A stretch of DNA of 64,000 nucleotides from Bugula neritina (Eukaryota > Animalia > Bryozoa), in the NCBI GenBank assembly GCA_964035545.1, contig OZ037771.1, positions 1,747,628-1,811,627 of the forward strand, in the 5' to 3' direction. Both the position numbers and the translations under genes were made by a program. Under the pieces are notes generated by a model. That model did not search any database, had not been told where the DNA came from, and saw nothing but the letters and a program-made list of their open reading frames with translations. This document shows positions 11,750 through 22,105 of this stretch, one piece after another; within the stretch, counting starts at the first letter, position 1; each line of letters begins with the position of its first letter.

Positions 11750-14700
11750 TCATTTAGACGAGTCATGGCTACTAAGAATAGTTGAAGAAGTTATCCCCTC
11801 TTCAATTGCATCATTAAAACAATCCTCTAGTTTATTTGTTATCAACTTTGACCGCTCAGAGAAGTTGTCTTCTACTTCTTCTTCATTATTATTACTTGGC
11901 TTAAGAGGCTGTTGAGAAATCTTCATTACAAGTAAGTATGTAACCATAGCAACCAACTACAAAGGATAAACACTTGGAGTTGCAATCTCATGAAGTATCT
12001 TGGATAATATTTGAGACTAGTTTTTTCCGAATAGTAGAGAATTGATTAAAATAAAATATTATTGCAACAAAGGCAGTTCATTTAAAAATTCACATGACCC
12101 ACAACTCTAATTGCAAATCACTTTGAAGAACTTATAATCATAAAAAGTTTTTTTATTTCGCTTCATCATATTTTCAATTTCTATTTTTACTTAATTTACA
12201 ACCTTAAAGTAAAACTATCTAATTGCATTAATATTTTATTAAAACTTGCTAAATTAAATCGGCCATAACTCAAACAGTGTTGGAGTTGCATACTCAGCTG
12301 AGTTGACTTAACAGTACATTTGGGCACATTATTCTTCAATTAACTCACTAGCTTTAACTTGGTTGTGAAGCTTGGGTCAGTGAAGAATAATATAGTTAAC
12401 AGAAGGTATAGCTAGTAAAACTACAGTTAGCTAGAACTTTAAAGAAACCTAATTTTGTTACTTTCTTTCATATTGATGCTTATATTATTGATTTTGTTAA
12501 ATCCTAAAACATAATCAATTACATAATCCACCATTTTGACTAGAAACTTAAATTTTGCATTTTATTTGGTGAACTTATATTCCGTGAACAGATGTTGGTT
12601 TATATAATTACCATGACTGTTCCAATGAATGCCATTACAGTCAACATCCAAGGAAAATTTAGGGTCTCTATGATAGCTCCACCCATTATTGGACCAATCA
12701 TATTTCCCAAAGCATAAGCACTGTTGAGAGTTCCAGATACTGCAGCATAAGTCTGTATACTGTCTTTTGAATGGCCGTTAACTCTGATTTTAAAACATGA
12801 TAAATAAACGTTGAACAATATTAAATTAGCAAACTGTTTGGTGCACAAAAAGTAATAAAAACAAAATTTCTCAAAGCAATTTTTTTGACACAATTTCATT
12901 AATACTAGAAGAGTAGAAAGCACTCTATTTTTTTATCACACTGATTCAAAAGTTAATCTATATGTAGCTAACAAGCATGACACATTCTTACTTATTATAC
13001 CATTCATCCCTATGGCAATCTTTGATGGGAAAAAATTTCTGCAGGGTAAGTACGATGCCTCTAACCATGCTGGTAATATTATCTAATGGCTTTCAAAGCA
13101 AGATCAAAGCCTCGATAACATCAATAGCTTTGGTCAGATTCCAACTAATAATCTATAAACTCAAACAACTAGACTATGGTAACTGCTTGCTAGATAAGTT
13201 AGTAATGCTAAATGATAATGCTTTCATTTAATATTAAACTTTATGTCTCTCAAACTTTGTAAAGATGATATAAAAGCTCCTAGGGTCATAAGTTTTAGTT
13301 TCAGTTCCATGTTTTAGTACTCACTCGGCTAAGTTCAATGATGCTTGGAATGGCATAACAAACGAATAGGCTTGAAACAGAAAATCTAAGGCTATCAGTG
13401 AAAGTGGAAGCCCCAGATAACTGAAAAATACCCAAAGATTAGTACAAAATATCAAGTGACATGACTGCTGTATGTAAACAGTATAGTTAGCATTATACAA
13501 AGTCATACTTCTTGCTGATGCTATATCTACATGTCATATGTCTACAAGAATAATTGTAGTTTCATAGACTATTCCATTAGAAGGCTGCATATAATTTGAA
13601 TTTCATTAACTTTTTAGGTTATTACACCCAAATAATTCATTTTAAGTTCTAAATCTTGTTGAGGAAAATAGAAATAACTAATAAGTATTAAAAACTTACT
13701 GCTTTCCATGAAATATAAAATCTAGTAAAGGAGATGGTCCAGCAAAAATATTGCCAACTATAGAAACGCACCATGCCAGTATCATAATTGACCATGTGAA
13801 TCCCTATATACAAAGGTAAATATTATACAATTATTCTAACATAAAATAAATCATTAAAAATAGCAACTATGTAGAGTGCTTTCAGATTCTATACTATAAA
13901 AGTTGCAGGAGTTGCTATGTGTAAGATAACACTTGGGTTTTAATGTACAGATGCACTTGGTATCATCTCCCAAAAATATGAACCACAAAACAACTATATA
14001 TATGTAGTAATAATTTACTGTAATTTGATAGCTACCTACAATATAGAGTATCAATACGTGAGCTCATGACATTGTTTTGAAGTTTGGTATTAGTGCTACT
14101 TCTATTTTAACTAGTCTTTTGTCTGCATTGCCAGAGCTTAGATTTAAAAGAGCAAATCTGACTGACAAAAAAGACCAAAATCAAATAGAGGCTCAAAAAT
14201 TACATTTATGTCAAACTAATGTGTTTTGTAACTATTTTTCAAGCTAGATATAAAAAAAATAAATTTGAAAATCAAATTGAAACTTTAACTTAGAGCTGAA
14301 AGCAAAATTAGCGTGTATAGATATTAATCAAAAATACAAGCTACCCGTTCTTAAGCATTTAGTGAGAAAACTAGAAGTATATAAAACATAAATATTATTT
14401 ATACCTTGAACTAATACATAACCAATAGTTTTAATGAGAAAATAGTTATGTTGACAGCAAATTCGAGTAATGCTGTGAGTATATTTCACAGCCACTTATG
14501 CATATTTAAATGTAAAATCTTTCAGTTAAAGTCACAGCTGTCTGATGTGCCCAGCTTAAAAAGTTTATCCTATTGAAAAAAAATTGTGAGAAAAAAAGAC
14601 AGTTGATTAATTGATTAGCTTTAGTATGCTATGCATATGGGATCTATATTCAAATATTCAAAATTATGTGATATTTTTAAAGCATGCAAAATTGCCTTAA

Positions 14701-17337
14701 AACCTTATTCAATTTTATTTATTTAAAAATTCAGCAAATAAAATCAATAAATTAAAGAACTATAATAGAACCACCTGTAGAAACATATATTTGCAATTAT
14801 AATTATATATATATATATATATATCTTCATTTATTGACCTTACCTTAGTTCCTATAAATGAAGCAATGGGACAGCTTATCATAAAGGCAAGAGACCAGAT
14901 GCCGTAAAACAAACCAAACTCAGCTGCTGATTTATGGAACTGAAAATGACATTAAATTATATGCTATTTATCACATACTTCAAAATTAAAGAAATTAAAA
15001 TGTAGGAGTGAAATAGCAATAACTTGTAAGCTTATTAAAATATATTACATAATAAACAGATCATTAAATGCATGACTAATTTAAACAAGCAGCTTTCTCA
15101 AAAGAGCCATCATCAAAAACTTTAACTATAAAACCATTTTTCCTTTATGAGAATAACATACAAAAAGATAGGGTGCTTTTGATAAATTTTAACCTGTTAA
15201 AAGCTTGTCTCACTATAAACTGTGAGTATTAAATAAATCTTTTATTCTAACAACAGGAAACTGATATTAGTGTTGATTTACCATTTAATTTAAAAAATCA
15301 AGAGTGATGTTTTTACTTACTGTAGAAATAAGGAAATTACTTATTCCAATGGTACGGGCACTAGAAACTGCTTTTCCTACAGTGCCATGAACAAGTAATA
15401 CTACAAATCCTGGAATTATTAGCAAATGGTGGAATTGTCTTTTTTGTTGCTTTTCTGATTCTGAAAGACATATATTATTGTTTTTATTTTAACTTTTTGA
15501 ATTCTTTATATAGAAAACATTATTACACTTGATTGAATAACAATGAAGAAAAGATACATGACTCAGTTTACCAATATTTGGTAGAACCAGAGCCATGGGA
15601 ATCACAAGAACAGCCAGAAACCCTCCCAGAATCCAAAACATGCCACCATATCCAGCCAACTACAAGGAAACCTGTTCATGCAAAAACTTATGCCAAAAGA
15701 TCAATTATTGTGTATATTAGTATAAACAAAAGTAGGTGCAATAATAGAAAAATTGAGAAAAGCTGTTCTAGATATGAAATGAAGCAAAAAAGTTCTTTCA
15801 ACCAGCATTTCAAGTTAGAATTTCTTAAGAAACCTAATAAATTAGACCATTTTCATTTCTCTCCTACTGCACCTAAATGCATTTGCTCTTTCAAATTTTA
15901 AAGATAATTTACCAAAAATAGCATATCAACAAGCAAGAAGATCAATCAAGTTACATTTCAATCAGGAAAGTTGGTTGGACCACAAAAAGCCTGGACTAGA
16001 AAAACTTAATCTTCTTTGAATGACCATATTAGAGCTCTGTCTTAGTTTAGCATGTTTATGATTGATTGTTAATAATTTTAAATCAATGCAAATGTGAAAG
16101 TTGCATGCATACATTAAACAGTCAATCCTTACAGTCAGGAATTTGATGAAGTGAATACAAATGTATTATAGGTTTTACTTTGTGCAAAGACAAAGATGAA
16201 TAATAAATAGGTAAAAAGTGCATGAGTTCCATTACCTTGTAAATTCCAGAGCCTATAGCTGGACCAGCTGAATATCCGGCACCTTCTATCATCTGTGCTA
16301 AACCCTTGAAAATATGAGATGGCAGTATTTTGATTAGGCTATGAAAAAGGGATAAATTGGATGTGGTGGTAACACCATCTTCCAAAAATGATATCTCAAG
16401 AATTAAAAAGTTGTAAATAGACATTTCTAAAATAGGACGACTAGAGTTCAATAAGCCAATTATGGTGTCCGGTGAAAAATGTCACCAGCAAAATTGGCAC
16501 AGTAACAATGCCACAAATGGCAAAGTAGGTAATAATAGCACATTTTCAATATTAGGGTTTGAGGTAAAGGTTGGGGGCTTGGAATGGGGGGCTTAGGCTT
16601 AGGAATAGGGGTTTGGGTTTTGGGTTTAGGAAAATTTAACATAAGTGTGCCATTTTGGTATACTTTTCCATTTGTGCTATTATTACCTATGCCATTTGTA
16701 CTAGTGTCATTTTTTATCTAAAATCACCAATTATAGATTTCCGTCGACAGTTTTTAAAATATAATACTTGAAAAGGAAAAAATATGTTTGAGATGAAATT
16801 TATGAAATGTCACGACTGTGTTCATTATAATCTAATGAAAGCTTCTTAATTATAGTCAAAATTTCACCATTTTTGTTATAAAAAAATACAACAAAATAGT
16901 ACGAAAAATAAGCCCACACTGCTTTTCGAGCTTAGAATTTGGTGGAAAATTTTGCAGTGAGAATGCAATTTAGATTGTAGTCTTAGATAATATTTCATCT
17001 AAAACTTAGTATGATTGTGATATACTCAGTATGATTGTAATATACTCAATATGATTGTGATATACTCACTATGATGGTGATATACTCACTATGATGGTAA
17101 TATACTCACTATAATTGTGATATACTCAATAGGATTGTGATATACTCACTATGATTGTGATATACTCACTATGATGGTGATATACTCACTATGATTGTGC
17201 TGTTGCTGTAAGACGTAGCTTTTAGTAGAATACTCATACCACAGACTACAATACATGCTGAACCACATCCAGCTATCATTCTAACTATGATACACAGAGG
17301 GAGATATGCTTGGTTAGGGGCGTATGATATCAATCTG

Positions 17338-17405
<68 letters not shown>

Positions 17406-18799
17406 TTGTGTGTGTGTGCAAACGCACGCGAGTGCGTACTAATACCATTACTATGCTACAATTAACCTATTAATAGAATTTATTAAGTGTTCACTTACAT
17501 AATAGCAGTCTAAATTGTTTAAAAAATGCGTTATTTAAAACGAAATATAACAGTTGAAAATAATGCGTTCATTGACGAATAATAAAAGCAAAAGAACATA
17601 TGAAAAGCACATATGTAGGAAAAGAACAGTAAGCACTTTAGAATAATACATATTGTGCCTTGAAATGATTTGTATTTTAATCCCTTACCCAAAACTAATA
17701 CATGAAGCTGTAGCTAATATGTGTCCTAATAAACAGCATACTTTAGGAGAGAATTGGCTAATCTACAATAAATGTGCAATGAATATTCAAAAAGTATATA
17801 TAACAGGACTTTGAGCGGAATTCTGGTTATGTGTCTGTCAGTTCTTTTAACTTGGAGTTGGGCTTTCACCAAACGATTTTAGATTAAAAAAACAACATTT
17901 CGATCTGAATAAACAGCTAAGTATAAGAGTTGTATTTTAGAAGACACTGGCTCATTAAATCTACTTGCAGTGTGTTGTGATCTCTACCGGAGTGGACAGA
18001 ATAATGCTATATTAGCATTTACTCAATGTATGTAGGTAATACGTTTGACTGACATTAATAAATTTTAATATAATTAATAGACTTGAGCTATTTATAGAAT
18101 AAACATCATACACAGAATTAAGGTCAGTGCTGCACACAGTTTTAAACAACAAATTATAATAAAATCACTCTTGATCTGCGTCACATGCATAAAGCTTTAA
18201 AAAAGGCGTTATGGATGGGTGGCTATAATATATGCATACTAAAAGCATTTCATCACAAACACAGTGACTCTGTAGCATGTTGTAGAGCTTGTTTACCATT
18301 TTTTATTTTTAGACGCAGAAACAGAGAAAACTTCAGTTGAAGCTTTTAATTGCCTTTCTGAACCTCGTTCTGTAGGCAGATTGTAAAAACAACTTTTTAT
18401 CTTATATTTCTTATCTAAGAAACAGATTTTTTCAATTTTTCCAATCCTATACCTTCTTCCGATTTTAAGTACCATGAAATATCTGTACCTCTTGAGTTGA
18501 AAAATAATAAAATGTGTTTATGAAAGCATGTTTATTTTCTTAAAATATTATAATAAAAAGTTAAAACTTACCAAGCGCCCAACAAGAAAAGCAGAAATGA
18601 CTTTGGAAAATTCATATGCTGAAAACACAATTCCTATTTCTGTGTCACTAACACCTTTTTCTTTAGCCTTCGGAGGGAAAAATGGAATTAAAAATGTGTC
18701 TGTAGTCATTGACATAAACTGTACAGTTAGAACAACAAATGTAAGAATTCTGTCTTTCCATGGAGATTTTATGCATGAAAATGATGATTCTTTGCTCAT
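11750..18799 (-). CDS. SLC18B1: SLC18B1-like MFS transporter, copy B (11 exons, ~472 aa)
   Basis: Exons 18572-18799, 17689-17762, 17190-17334, 16236-16304, 15572-15659, 15321-15460, 14844-14939, 13700-13803, 13325-13420, 12612-12783, 11750-11956; GT-AG, phases consistent, 1419 nt open frame. Contains PFFPPKAKEKGVSDTEIGIVFS, GAGYSAGPAIGSGIYKLAGY and TGPSPLL. Confidence 0.9.
15733..15875. mobile_element. MITE-like element (family 1), second copy
   Basis: TAGGTGCAATAATAGAAAAATTGAGA ... TTTCTCTCCTACTGCACCTA; TIRs, plus internal similarity to 6728-6889. Confidence 0.7.
16464..16728. mobile_element. Non-autonomous DNA element (265 bp) with GGTG..CACC ends, long imperfect subterminal inverted repeats, a G-rich core and a 6-bp TSD
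   Basis: AATTAT direct repeats at 16458-16463 and 16729-16734; inverted AAATGGCA/TGCCATTT motifs; core TTAGGG/GGGTTT-like repeats; not seen in the homologous intron of copy C. Confidence 0.75.
17003..17198 (-). repeat. 20-bp exon-3 donor minisatellite, copy B
   Basis: About 10 units; six with intact GTGAGT (real donor at 17189). Distal units are degenerate (CTGAGT, TTGAGT, CTAAGT). Confidence 0.92.
17340..17402. repeat. (TA)n microsatellite abutting the exon-3 acceptor, copy B
   Basis: Pure TA run immediately 5' of the acceptor TACAG on the minus strand. Confidence 0.95.
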
Positions 18800-19104
18800 T
18801 TTTGATAGGGTTGAGGCTAAAACTACAAGTGATGTGCTTCTAGACTTTCATAAACACCTCCAGTTGTTCTAACTATTCTGCTTGGCAAGAATAAAGTGTT
18901 TAGTCAACAATAGTCTGTTTCAGCTGACAAATAATCAAATATACTCAGCTTAACAATCAAACAATTCTATTCTCTTAAGTAGCTTCCTTTTCAGTTGATG
19001 TGAAATTATCTCGCTGAAATCTTCCTTCTGTACTAATTTATTGTTTTATCCGTGAATTGTTGACAGATAATAGGCATTCAATTCAGTCAATGGTAGAAAT
19101 AATG

Positions 19105-19317
19105 TAAAGCAGCACCATTTGATTAATTTCAGTAAAATCTACTACTGCGAGCCATTCTCTCCCCTTTGCTATTAGATGTACAACTAGCAGTAGATTGAGT
19201 TGGACAGTCGTCACAGACTGTGTGCACCGGACTGTTTCATAACCCATACATGATTCATATATCAAGGTGGTTACGCTTGATTTAAGATATTCCTTTATTT
19301 ATGCAGTAATTGATGGC
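19105..19317 (-). promoter_or_regulatory. Conserved upstream (putative promoter) block of MFS copy B
   Basis: cagcaccatttgattaatttca..gagccattct..ctttgctattagat and GTGGTTACGCTTGA are shared with 21553-21760 and, more weakly, with 27533-27725 upstream of copy C. Confidence 0.5.
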
Positions 19318-20280
19318 TTTCAAAGAATCAATGAGATGTTAAATTTTTTGAAGGAGATAATGCAATAAAAAGCAAAACTGCTATTCTAGATACCTCTTTG
19401 GTAAATTTTTACAGCAGTTTAAATAATTAGATAACTCCAAAATAGACATGCCGTGTTCACTATAAACACATGTGTTAATTTATTCAACCAGCTCAAGGCT
19501 TTCAGGGTAACTTTTCAACTAACTAGCAAAAGCTTTTAATACAATACCATGTCATTTACATTCCATATAGATATGTTTTCAACTCTTTCAACATTGTGTT
19601 TGACAAAATCCTGCACAGCTAGGCGAGAATCACCTATAATTCATAGCATAGCCATTAAAAACTGATAAATTATATAACCTAAAATTTGTTTAAAAACTCT
19701 GTTCAGCTGTCTCTATGAGTTAAATTGCCGCACTCACCTCTAAACCAATTCATATTTCAACTTGTTATATAGCTGGATAACTTTCAGTTGTAGTTTCATA
19801 TGTTGTTGTTTTTTGTAAGACATAATATTATAGTAATTTAAATATTTAGCTTAATATATAGCAACTTGCTAAAACAACTTAATATTACTATATTATTGGT
19901 TCGGCATTATGTACATTTGCTTTGAACTGTATTCACTAAATAAACATGTAGCAATCAATCATTAAGTTTCAAAATAAAACTAAATTTAATCAATTTGTCA
20001 AGAATTTGTAACTTTCATGATGGGGCTAGTAAAAACTACCAATTCTCAATTTTTATAATGCTAATACAAAATGCTATAAGAGACCTTGTAGACCAAAAAT
20101 TCGACTTTAACTGCTGAGTTTTTTGTTCGAAAATGGCATAAAAGAGCATAATATTTGAACAAAGCTAAAAGCTATAGAATAAAAAGTTATAAAGTGTAAA
20201 GAAATAGCTACTGTTTAAAGGAGCTGCATTTAGTTGTGCTAAAATGTACAACCTAAATGGACACATCACACATCACAGTA

Positions 20281-20362
20281 CTGCATAGTACTACACAGTA
20301 TACTACACAGTATCCTGTGTAGTATACTGTGTAGTATACTGTGTAGTACTACAATATGCAGT
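20281..20362. repeat. Palindromic 12-bp repeat hairpin
   Basis: Perfect 22-bp arms (20289-20310 and 20315-20336) around a 4-nt loop; unit TACTACACAGTA. Confidence 0.85.
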
Positions 20363-20684
20363 GCATACCACATCTAGCCATGTTCATATGACATTGAATG
20401 GGTGTATGATTCACGCAGCTCAATACCGTCTAAGCAAACCCTTCATGGAAGCAAATTGTTTGAGAATGATTTTTTTTTATACAATACACAAAATTATAAT
20501 AGTAAAATACATAAATGCAACACAGCATAAATATAAAAAGCGCAGCTCGAGCACTATGTGGTAATATGGTATTTTAGATGTCATATATTAAAAATAAATT
20601 GTTGTAAAACAGACTATACAACATGACTACTGAATTTAAAAAATGTTTTCACTTTAAATTGGTTGAAAAATCTAAATGCTTAAA

Positions 20685-20891
20685 TCATTTAGGTGTATCT
20701 TTGCAACTAAGAATAGTTGAAGAAGTTATCCCCTCTTCAATTGCATCATTCAAAAAATCTTCTAGTTTATTTGTTATTAACTTTGACTTCTCAGAGAAGT
20801 TATCTTCTACCTCTTCTTTATTATTATTACTTGGCTTAAGAGGCTGTTGAGAAATCTTCATTACAAGTAAGTATGTAACCATAGCAACCAA
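20685..20891 (-). pseudogene. Orphan terminal exon of an SLC18B1-like paralog (possible alternative last exon for copy C)
   Basis: Open LVAMVTYLLVMKISQQPLKPS..DTPK* with an intact acceptor CTCTTTGTAG; upstream intron resembles the last intron of copy B; no other exons nearby. Confidence 0.8.
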
Positions 20892-21552
20892 CTACAAAGA
20901 GTAAACACTTGGAGTTGTAATCTCCTGATAAGTATTGCATAATGTTTGAGAGTAACTTGCCTATAATATGTTGGAGCAAAATGCATTAAAACAAAACATT
21001 ATTGCAGCAATGGGATTTGTATGTTCATACAAATTTCACACGACCCTTAATTTGCTGCGAAGTGGTTCAAAGAAGTTACAATACAGAGTTACATTGATAA
21101 CATTTTCAATTTTTGTAAAACATTAACTGCTATTGCAGCATTTAAGAAAAATAGTTACCAACAGTCAAAATAAAATCTCATGTAGAGTGCAAGCATTGCC
21201 GATACACATAACAACCAGTGTCAGTTCCTGATCACAACAAATGTAAGAACTTGCATTGGTATAAAATACAAAAATTGTTATAGCAAGATTGTCTTTTGAG
21301 CAATAAATGAGGAGAAAATTTCTTTTACATACTAATTATTATATTATTATTATATTATAGTTTACGAATATTCAATTATAGTCACACTAACAATAGAACA
21401 ATAACGAACTACGTTTGATAGTTTCCTTTCAGATTTGATTCGAACCCCAACATAATGTTCTATCTAAAGCTCGTTTCAATTCATTGTCTATCCAATAGTT
21501 GATAAAAATACTAAACACTAATTCAATTCAGGAAATGATAGAAGCAATACAA

Positions 21553-21760
21553 AACAGCACCATTTGATTAATTTCAAGAATTTCAAGCACCAGGAGCCAT
21601 TCTTTCTCTCTTTGCTATTAGATAAATGAATTGTTGTCAAGACTGTTCTTAGTTGAATGCCTGGTCATTAATATAGTAACACATGCAGTGAATAATATAT
21701 CAAATAAGGTGGTTACGCTTGAGTTAAAACATTAATTTTTTCTTGTAGTAATTGATGGCC
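21553..21760 (-). promoter_or_regulatory. Orphan copy of the MFS upstream block (relic of a deleted paralog)
   Basis: Similar to 19105-19317, including GTGGTTACGCTTGA (21709-21722) and GTAATTGATGGC. Confidence 0.55.
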
Positions 21761-22105
21761 CAGCATAACTGACAAGAAGAGATATATTAACTACTTCATG
21801 GAAATTTTGTGCTAAGAAGTATGCATGCTTACATGCAGTTCCAATTTTAAAAGTCATATCATATTTAATAAAGCAGTAACACTATATTTTTTGTGAAATG
21901 GACTGCATTTTTGGCACTAGTTTTAAAAGTTTTTACCAATTGTATATATACAAGAAAGAAGTAATACAACAATGATAGAAGTCCTATGTTACAGTATGCC
22001 ACTGAGGGTGTTTTATATTAATATTAAATAAATAAAAGGAAACTCACAAGGCTATTATTAACAAAGATGAGACAAAATTTTCAACGGTACTAATGATTAA
22101 AACAT

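Noticed and set aside
15533-15901. Plus-strand ORFs overlapping exons (also 4600-4782, 18528-18872, 20623-20850, 27013-27195, 34924-35130, 39460-39651)
   Set aside because: Antisense shadows of minus-strand exons with no recognisable protein features.
16550-16642. TTAGGG-like repeats and the Pro/Lys-rich ORF 16460-16642
   Set aside because: Degenerate and internal to a TSD-flanked element; not a telomere or a gene.
17003-17198. Regular short repeats resembling a CRISPR array (also 5690-5808, 33178-33450, 49688-49933)
   Set aside because: Units are head-to-tail with no unique spacers, there are no cas genes, and they lie in spliceosomal introns.
17335-17405. MYIYIYIY... N-terminus in the ORF track
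   Set aside because: Intronic (TA)n read in frame with exon 3.
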